Origin: Pseudomonadota bacterium
Lineage (GTDB): Bacteria; Pseudomonadota; Gammaproteobacteria; Burkholderiales; DATLHW01
DNA length: 64,000 bases
Direction of reading: 5' to 3'
Assembly: GCA_040388195.1 (NCBI GenBank)
Contig: JAZKCF010000037.1
Span: 3,512 to 67,511 of the forward strand
This document shows, in pieces, positions 57,417-64,000 of this stretch (position 1 is the stretch's first letter; every line of letters starts with the position of its first letter). The position numbers and the translations under genes were made by a program. The notes beneath the pieces were generated by a model, which made no database searches, was not told the origin of the DNA, and saw only the letters and a list, made by a program, of their open reading frames with translations.

Positions 57417-59387
57417 ATGACCCGAAAAGCATTCATTGCAGTCACTGCGTTATTTATTGCCGTACAAGCAAATGCGCGGACGTTGGTTCCGCTCTATAGC
57501 GAAGCGGATTTGAAAACCGCTTGTGCCGGTGCACTGGAGCAGGCCAAGTTGGACGTAGCAAAGCTCGAAACTGTTCCGTTAACGAAAGTCACCGTCTCCA
57601 ACACGCTTAACGCATGGAACCGCATGCAGATTCGCATGGAAGACGTAAATGGTGCTGCTGATGTGCATGCCAATATGAATTCCGACGAAAAAATACGCGC
57701 GGCGGGCGATGAGTGCAATCTGAAAGTCAGTGCATTCAACACACAGCTTAATCAGAACAAAAAGCTGTATGCGCGTATCAACGCGGTGAAAGTAGTTACG
57801 CCTTCGCAGAAGAAATTCAAAAAAGATTTGCTGGAAAATTTTGAAGATGCCGGCGTCGCGTTGTCGGAAGATAAGCGCGTCCGCGTGAAGGAAATTCTGG
57901 ATCGTCTTGAAGCATTGCGGCAAGAGTTTGAAAAAAATGTGCGCGAAGATCGCACCAAAGTTGCCTTTACCCCCGACGAAATGAAGGGGTTGCCACAATC
58001 CTATCTAGATAAAGCCAAGCGCGACGAAAAGGGCAACTATTTATTGAGCTTCGATTATCCCGAGTACGAGCCATTCATCACGCTTGCTAGCGATGGCCAA
58101 GCGCGGAAGCGTTATTACGTGGCTTTTGTAAACCGTGGTGGCGAAGAAAACCTCAAGTTAATGAACGACATCATGCAGCTTCGCTTGGAGATGGCGAAGC
58201 TATTTGGTTTGCGATCCTATGCCGAATACGCGCTGCGGCGGCGAATGGCGGAGAATCCGGCCAACGTCATTGCGTTTCTCAATAATGTTAAAAAAACTAT
58301 TCATGAAGTAGAGTCGAAAGAAGTTGCGGTACTTTGGGAAGAGAAGGCCGGTTTCGTCGGCAAGACTTCGGAAGAGGTAACCCTTAATCGCTGGGACGTG
58401 CGTTACTTCGAGGAGAAAGTTCGCAAGGAACGTTTTCATATCGATCAAGAAGAGCTGCGTAAATATTTTCCGATGCCAGCGGCGATTAATTACATCATGT
58501 ATGTAAGCAGCCGGCTCTACGGCATTGGATTCAAGCGGATCGATGTGCCGGTGTGGAGTAAAGACGTTGTGTATTACGACGTGATCGATGAGAAAACGAA
58601 TAAGCCCATATCTGGATTTTATCTTGACCTTTATCCTCGAGACGGAAAATACAAGCACGCTGCCGCCTTCGGTGTGTACAGCGCTAGCCGTATTGCACAT
58701 CGTTCACCAGTTAGCGTGCTAGTGGCTAACGTGAACAAGGATGGGCTCAATCATAATGAGCTAGAGACCTTATTGCATGAATTCGGTCATGTGTTGAACA
58801 ACGTATTATCGGTTGTGGATTACAGCGCGCATCAATGGCCGGAGTGGGACTTTGTTGAGGCGCCTTCGCAAATGTTTGAAGAGTGGGCTCGTCGACCCGA
58901 AGCGCTTGGATTATTCAAAAAGGTATGCGCTACCTGTCCGGTGTTAGAGACGGATCTAATCAAACGTCTCGACGAAGCGCGCCGTTTCGATTCTGGACTC
59001 CGCTACGGGCGCCAACATCTCTACGCAGCCTATGACATGGCTATGACCAGTGAGCATCCAGGCGATGCGCTGGGCGTATGGAAAAGGATGGAAATGGAGG
59101 AGCCATTGGGTTACGTCGAGGGAACAATGTTCCCCGCTAATTTCACTCACATCATCAATAGCGGCTACGGCGCCGGCTATTATGGCTACATGTGGTCGGA
59201 GGTTGTTGCCCTCGACATGCTTTCCGCTTACGGCAACAATTTAATGAACCCTACAGTTGGCCGTCGCTTTCGAGATACGGTTTTATCTCAGGGTGGACAA
59301 GCGCCGGCGAAAGATTTGGTGCGGCGATTTCTTGGCCGAGAACCAAACAGCAAGGCGTTTTTTGCTGAAATTACTGGGACGCGATAG
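57417..59387 (+). CDS. secreted M3 family metallo-oligopeptidase (thimet/Dcp-like)
   Basis: Signal peptide MTRKAFIAVTALFIAVQANA and the zinc motif ..LLHEFGHVLNN.. with a downstream ..FVEAPSQMFEEW.. Its stop is 11 nt before the first permease gene. Confidence 0.85.
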   Translation: MTRKAFIAVTALFIAVQANARTLVPLYSEADLKTACAGALEQAKLDVAKLETVPLTKVTVSNTLNAWNRMQIRMEDVNGAADVHANMNSDEKIRAAGDECNLKVSAFNTQLNQNKKLYARINAVKVVTPSQKKFKKDLLENFEDAGVALSEDKRVRVKEILDRLEALRQEFEKNVREDRTKVAFTPDEMKGLPQSYLDKAKRDEKGNYLLSFDYPEYEPFITLASDGQARKRYYVAFVNRGGEENLKLMNDIMQLRLEMAKLFGLRSYAEYALRRRMAENPANVIAFLNNVKKTIHEVESKEVAVLWEEKAGFVGKTSEEVTLNRWDVRYFEEKVRKERFHIDQEELRKYFPMPAAINYIMYVSSRLYGIGFKRIDVPVWSKDVVYYDVIDEKTNKPISGFYLDLYPRDGKYKHAAAFGVYSASRIAHRSPVSVLVANVNKDGLNHNELETLLHEFGHVLNNVLSVVDYSAHQWPEWDFVEAPSQMFEEWARRPEALGLFKKVCATCPVLETDLIKRLDEARRFDSGLRYGRQHLYAAYDMAMTSEHPGDALGVWKRMEMEEPLGYVEGTMFPANFTHIINSGYGAGYYGYMWSEVVALDMLSAYGNNLMNPTVGRRFRDTVLSQGGQAPAKDLVRRFLGREPNSKAFFAEITGTR

Positions 59388-59398
59388 AGACCCCTTAT

Positions 59399-60337
59399 AT
59401 GGCTGCTTATCTAATACGACGACTTTGGCAGATGATTCCGACTCTTGCCGGTGTCGTGCTGCTGCTCTTCTTTCTGTTTAATTGGGTGGGCGGTGATCCT
59501 GCGCAAGTGTTGGCAGGTAAGATTTCCAATCCAGAGCAAATCAACAATATTCGCAAACAGCTTGGTGTCGATCTTCCCTATTGGCAACAACTGCTCATCT
59601 TCGTAAAACAGATTGTCACTTTTGATTTTGGGCGAAGCTGGAGCACCAATGAAGAGGTGTCGCATATCTTTCTGACCCGCATCGGCCCATCGTTGACGAT
59701 AATGGTTCCGGTGCTGGTGTTATCGACGATTTTAGGTGTCGTGTTTGCGCTTGGCGTGGCTTACGTCAGAGGAACTTTTACCGACCGCACCATCATGATT
59801 ACTTGCACCGTGGCGATGTCGATTAGTTTCCTCGTTTATATCATTGCCGGGCAATACATCTTTGGTTTCGTGTTGGGCTGGTTTCCAGTGCAAGGATGGT
59901 CTGATAGTTTTTGGAAAAATCTCATTACCTATGCACCGTTGCCTGTTTTGCTAGCGTTGTTTGTCAGCGTTGCGCCGACATTGCGGCTTTACCGCACTTT
60001 TTTTCTCGACGAAATAAATCAGGATTACGTACGCACGGCTCGCGCAAAAGGTTTGCCGGAAAAGGTCGTGATGTTGAAGCACGTATTGCGTAACGCAATG
60101 ATCCCGATTCTCACCGATATCGCGATTGCGTTGCCTGGGCTGATGATCGGTTCTTTTTTATTGGAGAAATTTTTTTCCATTCCCGGTCTTGGGCGTGAAG
60201 TAATTACCGCTGTGGAGCGTAGCGATTTCCCGGTCATCAAGGCAATCACGGTGTACCTCGCTGTGTTCACCATGTTTATTAATTTGGGTGTGGACCTGCT
60301 TTATAAGTGGGTAGACCCGCGTGTTGAATTTAAGTAG
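59399..60337 (+). CDS. ABC transporter permease (DppB/OppB/YejB type)
   Basis: N-terminus MAAYLIRRLWQMIPTLAGVVLLLFFLF.., EAA-loop region ..DYVRTARAKGLPEKVVMLKHVLRNA.., C-terminus ..DPRVEFK. Confidence 0.9.
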   Translation: MAAYLIRRLWQMIPTLAGVVLLLFFLFNWVGGDPAQVLAGKISNPEQINNIRKQLGVDLPYWQQLLIFVKQIVTFDFGRSWSTNEEVSHIFLTRIGPSLTIMVPVLVLSTILGVVFALGVAYVRGTFTDRTIMITCTVAMSISFLVYIIAGQYIFGFVLGWFPVQGWSDSFWKNLITYAPLPVLLALFVSVAPTLRLYRTFFLDEINQDYVRTARAKGLPEKVVMLKHVLRNAMIPILTDIAIALPGLMIGSFLLEKFFSIPGLGREVITAVERSDFPVIKAITVYLAVFTMFINLGVDLLYKWVDPRVEFK

Positions 60338-60436
60338 GACTTACGCAAAACCGCCCCGGCGGCGTTGCTCCTCCTTGCCGTACTAATTGTACTGCCTCCG
60401 TCGTCGCGCCTTGCCGGGACGATTTTGCGTAAGTCC
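60337..60436. repeat. palindromic REP/MITE-like element (GGACTTACGCAAAA termini), single unit, intra-operon
   Basis: The left end GGACTTACGCAAAACCGCCCCGGC and right end GCCGGGACGATTTTGCGTAAGTCC are reverse complements. It starts at the last base of the permease TAG and ends 22 nt before the next ATG. Confidence 0.8.
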
Positions 60437-60458
60437 TAAGTTCTATTAAGGAAAATCG

Positions 60459-61532
60459 ATGAATGCTGTTCTTAGCGGGCTGTCATCCGTAGCGGAATCT
60501 TCGCCAGGTTTATGGCGGCTAGCCGGTCGGCGGTTACTGAAAGATCGCGTCGGTGTAGTGTCTGCAATTATCGTGGCGTTTTTTCTATTGTTAATGATTG
60601 CTTCTGCCACCGGATTGATTGCCGCTGATTGGAACAAAGAAGTTGGTGTCTCCTATGCCAATCCGAGTTTTCTTGCTGGGCAAGAAAATTTAGAAGCGAA
60701 GAAGCATAAAGCCACAACGGAAAAAACGGATATACCGCCGGCAGATTTATCGGATGTCGATCCGCTAGCGCCTTGGTATGGTGAATGGGAAAAGCGTACC
60801 AAAGAAATTAAAGTCAGCGAACCGCAGCAAGCAGAGGCGCTGCCTTTCGGCGGTGACAAGTGGGGCAGGGACATCGTCAAGAAAACCATCAAAGGCGCGC
60901 AATCGTCCATTGTTGTGGGCTTGGTATCGGCGTTTATCGCGGTATTTCTGGGCACGTTGTTTGGCGCGGTGGCCGGCTATTTTGGTAAATGGGTTGGCGA
61001 TTTCTTCGAATGGTTTTACAACGTCTTTACATCGATTCCCTATATCTTGTTGATATTGGCATTCGCGGCGGTGTTCGGCAGTTCGCCGTTCTTGGCGCAG
61101 TTTCGCGGAATGCCGATGGTGATTTTGATTCTCTCGCTAACGGGTTGGACAGGTATCTATCGCCTTGTCCGCGCCGAATATATGAAACATCGCTCTCGTG
61201 AATATGTGCGTGCTGCGGAAGCGATTGGCGCCAGCGATCAGCGTCGTATGTTTGTTCATATCTTGCCGAATGTGAGCCACGTTGTGCTGGTGCAACTCTC
61301 TCAGCATGTGGTGGGATTTATCAAGGCAGAAGTGATTCTTTCCTTCTTGGGGTTTGGTGTGCCGATAGAGAGTGTTTCCTGGGGCACCATGCTGGCTGAA
61401 GCGCAGAACGAATTGGTAATCGGTAAGTGGTGGCAATTGGTTGCAGCGGGTGCGAGTATGGCGTTATTGGTGACAGCGTTCAGTATGTTTACCGACGCGT
61501 TACGCGATGCGCTTGATCCAAAATTGAAATGA
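60459..61532 (+). CDS. ABC transporter permease (DppC/OppC/YejE type)
   Basis: N-terminal TM, then a periplasmic insert; EAA loop ..EYVRAAEAIGASDQRRMFVHILPN..; AAGGAAAA RBS upstream. Confidence 0.9.
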   Translation: MNAVLSGLSSVAESSPGLWRLAGRRLLKDRVGVVSAIIVAFFLLLMIASATGLIAADWNKEVGVSYANPSFLAGQENLEAKKHKATTEKTDIPPADLSDVDPLAPWYGEWEKRTKEIKVSEPQQAEALPFGGDKWGRDIVKKTIKGAQSSIVVGLVSAFIAVFLGTLFGAVAGYFGKWVGDFFEWFYNVFTSIPYILLILAFAAVFGSSPFLAQFRGMPMVILILSLTGWTGIYRLVRAEYMKHRSREYVRAAEAIGASDQRRMFVHILPNVSHVVLVQLSQHVVGFIKAEVILSFLGFGVPIESVSWGTMLAEAQNELVIGKWWQLVAAGASMALLVTAFSMFTDALRDALDPKLK

Positions 61533-61542
61533 GAGATCGCGA

Positions 61543-63270
61543 ATGAACTCCGCCGCTATTCAAAAAAATCAGAGCGGTACCCTGCTCGATATAAAAAATC
61601 TCCATGTCAGTTTTCGAATTGATAAGCACACAACCTTCGAGGCAGTGAAGGGCATCAGCTTCAAAATTCCGGTTAATAGCACTGTAGCGCTCGTTGGTGA
61701 ATCAGGCAGCGGAAAGTCAGTTTCTGCAATGGCTATGCTCGGCTTGCTGCCGGAAGAAGTGGCAATTGTTTCTTCCGAAAGCGCTGTGCTTTATCAGGGG
61801 CGAAATCTTCTCAAGGAATCTAAGGATCAGTTGCGTAGCGTGCGTGGCAAAGAGATTTCGGTTATTTTCCAAGAGCCGATGACATCGCTGAATCCAGTTT
61901 TTAATGTCGGCGATCAGATTATCGAAACCTTGCGTTTGCACATGGGTCTGAACGGCGCAGCGGCGAAAAAGCGGGCAATAGAATTACTAATCGAAGTTGG
62001 TATTCCCGATGCTGAATTACGCATCAATGCCTATCCGCATGAGCTTTCTGGTGGCCAGCAGCAGCGGGTGATGATTGCGATGGCAATCGCCTGTGAGCCG
62101 AAACTGCTTATTGCTGATGAGCCAACAACTGCGTTGGACGTGACGATTCAAAAGCAAATTCTCGAATTGCTTGCGGACTTACAAAAAAAGCATCAGATGT
62201 CGGTGCTATTCATTACGCATGATCTTGGTGTCGTGGGGGAGATTGCTGACTACGTCGTCGTTATGCGTAGTGGTGAAATTCGTGAACAGGGTACGGTAGA
62301 GAAAATTTTTAACGCGCCGCAGGACGCCTATACCAAAGCCCTGCTTTCCTGTCGGCCGCGTTTGGATCGTCGGCCTATGCGCTTACCAGTGATTGAAGAT
62401 TTCATGAATGGCACCGTATCGAAAGTTATAGCAGAGCGACCACGCGGTTTGAAACCGGATGACGAAATCATTCTCGAAGCGAAAGGTCTCGGCAAGACTT
62501 TCTACGCGCGCGAAGGACTGTTCGGCAAGCGGGCAATTCCTGCGGTGAAAGATGTTTCGTTCAAGCTCGCTAAAGGAAAAACATTGGGTGTCGTTGGTGA
62601 GTCCGGGTCCGGCAAAACGACAGTCGGATTAACGCTTATGCGATTGCATTCAGCAACCAGCGGCGCGGTATTATTCGATGGTAAGGATTTGCTCTCTTTA
62701 TCGCCGAAGGAATTTATGCTTTATAAGCGGCGAATCCAAATTATCTTCCAAAATCCCTACGCATCGCTTAATCCGCGTTTTACGGTGGGCCACATTCTCA
62801 CCGAGCCGATGGAAATTCACAGTATTGGCAAAAACACTGCCGAGCGTATCAACATGGCTGTTGAGTTGCTCGATAAAGTCGGCTTGCAAGCATCGGCAAT
62901 ACATAAATATCCGCATGAATTTTCCGGTGGTCAGCGCCAACGGATCGCCATTGCCCGGTGCCTGACGATGAAGCCGGAAGTGCTGATATGCGATGAATCC
63001 GTCTCCGCGCTCGATGTGTCGGTGCAAGCGCAAGTGCTTAATCTTCTGCAGGATCTGCAGGACGAATACAAGATGAGCTATATCTTCATCTCGCACGATC
63101 TCTCAGTGGTGAAATACATATCCGACCAAGTGATGGTGATGCACGAAGGGCGAGTGGTGGAAGCCGCAAATTCGGATGAAATTTATCTCAATCCGAAACA
63201 GCCTTATACGCAGAAATTATTGGCGTCCGTGCCGAAGGGTTTGCAGTCGGAGACGTCTCTCAGTGAATAG
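61543..63270 (+). CDS. ABC transporter ATP-binding protein, duplicated ATPase (YejF/DppDF-fusion type)
   Basis: Two complete cassettes: Walker A GESGSGKS and GESGSGKT, signatures LSGGQQQR and FSGGQRQR, and Walker B LLIADEPT and VLICDESV. Confidence 0.92.
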   Translation: MNSAAIQKNQSGTLLDIKNLHVSFRIDKHTTFEAVKGISFKIPVNSTVALVGESGSGKSVSAMAMLGLLPEEVAIVSSESAVLYQGRNLLKESKDQLRSVRGKEISVIFQEPMTSLNPVFNVGDQIIETLRLHMGLNGAAAKKRAIELLIEVGIPDAELRINAYPHELSGGQQQRVMIAMAIACEPKLLIADEPTTALDVTIQKQILELLADLQKKHQMSVLFITHDLGVVGEIADYVVVMRSGEIREQGTVEKIFNAPQDAYTKALLSCRPRLDRRPMRLPVIEDFMNGTVSKVIAERPRGLKPDDEIILEAKGLGKTFYAREGLFGKRAIPAVKDVSFKLAKGKTLGVVGESGSGKTTVGLTLMRLHSATSGAVLFDGKDLLSLSPKEFMLYKRRIQIIFQNPYASLNPRFTVGHILTEPMEIHSIGKNTAERINMAVELLDKVGLQASAIHKYPHEFSGGQRQRIAIARCLTMKPEVLICDESVSALDVSVQAQVLNLLQDLQDEYKMSYIFISHDLSVVKYISDQVMVMHEGRVVEAANSDEIYLNPKQPYTQKLLASVPKGLQSETSLSE

Positions 63271-64000
63271 AACCAACTACTTTTATTTTTGCACCCGGTT
63301 GTAACCGCGATTTACTCCGCAAGCGATTCCATTTAAGCAAATCACTAACGCCAACACGGAAAGCCTGTGCGATGCCAGAAAGGGTATCGCCACGTTTTAC
63401 GATGTAATAAGTATTTCTAGCTGCAGGCGGCGATTTAGCGGTGCGAGCATTTTTGCGTGTCGAAGCCGTTTGCCGACGTGTTACGGTCACTGGTTCTACT
63501 TGAGTGGCGACAGCATTTCTTTCCGCTATAGCTTGGGCGATGCTATCCGATTGCCCCTTTTCTTCCATAGCGGGAATTTGAACAGCAGCACTCATTTTGA
63601 CATCACTGGCTTTAGGCTCTACCGCTGGAGTCAGCTGTACCGTGGTTGCTGCGATTTGCGCATTAGTTGGTAGTGGTTTGATCATCTTGATTGGCACTAG
63701 CAACAATTGTGCAGATTTCAGCTTGCCCTTCTTTTCCTGAATATGGTTGAGGTGGCGCAGCTGTGCGGGAGTCATACCAAAAGCTGCGGCAATCTTAATG
63801 ACTTTTTCACCGCGTTTTGCCTGATACGCTTGCCACGAATGCAACTGCCGGTCGCTGTACCGCTTCATATTGGCGTTGAAGACAGCCACTTTAGTCGTCG
63901 GTAGTAGCAATGTCTTGCTGTCGTTATGCGTAATTACTGGGGTGTTATAGGCGGGATTCAGTGCTTTAAATTCCTCCAGCGTCATATTGGCGAAGAGGGC
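63260..64000 (-). CDS. LysM-domain protein, C-terminal part (MltD-like lytic murein transglycosylase), 5' end beyond the window
   Basis: Two LysM repeats (..YQAKRGEKVIKIAAAFGMTPAQLRHLN.. and ..YIVKRGDTLSGIAQAFRVGVSDLLKWN..). The frame stays open to position 64000. It is convergent with the ABC ATPase gene and overlaps it by 11 nt. Confidence 0.7.
   Translation of the reverse strand, partial: ALFANMTLEEFKALNPAYNTPVITHNDSKTLLLPTTKVAVFNANMKRYSDRQLHSWQAYQAKRGEKVIKIAAAFGMTPAQLRHLNHIQEKKGKLKSAQLLLVPIKMIKPLPTNAQIAATTVQLTPAVEPKASDVKMSAAVQIPAMEEKGQSDSIAQAIAERNAVATQVEPVTVTRRQTASTRKNARTAKSPPAARNTYYIVKRGDTLSGIAQAFRVGVSDLLKWNRLRSKSRLQPGAKIKVVGSIH

Overview
This is a 64-kb chromosomal window of roughly 50% GC. 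It is densely coding and mostly housekeeping. Gene content and order resemble a betaproteobacterium; this is inference from synteny recall only, because no database search was possible. Main blocks: purL; ppiC-like/bolA/yciI/yciB; yciV-yciO-M50 protease-trpS-scpA-scpB-rluB; prmB-dapE and yffB-dapD-dapC; msrPQ; hpnC-hpnD-hpnE (squalene synthesis); tRNA-Leu-tig-clpP-clpX-lon-hupB-tRNA-Val-tRNA-Asp; ppiD; fabI; and a five-gene peptide-type ABC operon. I found no rRNA, CRISPR array, IS element, integrase or prophage. Items worth a second look: (1) a translationally coupled operon of TonB-dependent receptor, YfiR/DUF4154, CHASE8-HAMP histidine kinase and REC-only regulator, whose signal and output are unknown; (2) several intergenic palindromic REP/MITE-like elements, including a family with GGACTTACGCAAAA termini (3 copies), a related 123-bp element upstream of fabI, and a GTCATTCTGAG...GAAGAATCT element upstream of purL; (3) a secreted M3 oligopeptidase gene embedded in the ABC importer operon; (4) a frameshifted, 5'-truncated 3-hydroxybutyrate dehydrogenase relic next to a patatin-like lipase; (5) an SDR gene coupled to hpnCDE that lacks the canonical YxxxK tyrosine; (6) a ~3.7-kb wedge (2-TM unknown protein, lone pilU, GH18 lipoprotein) splitting the dap genes. 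All product calls rest on motif and family recognition by eye, and start codons were chosen from RBS context. I did not find a clear-cut novel defence-type system and report none.
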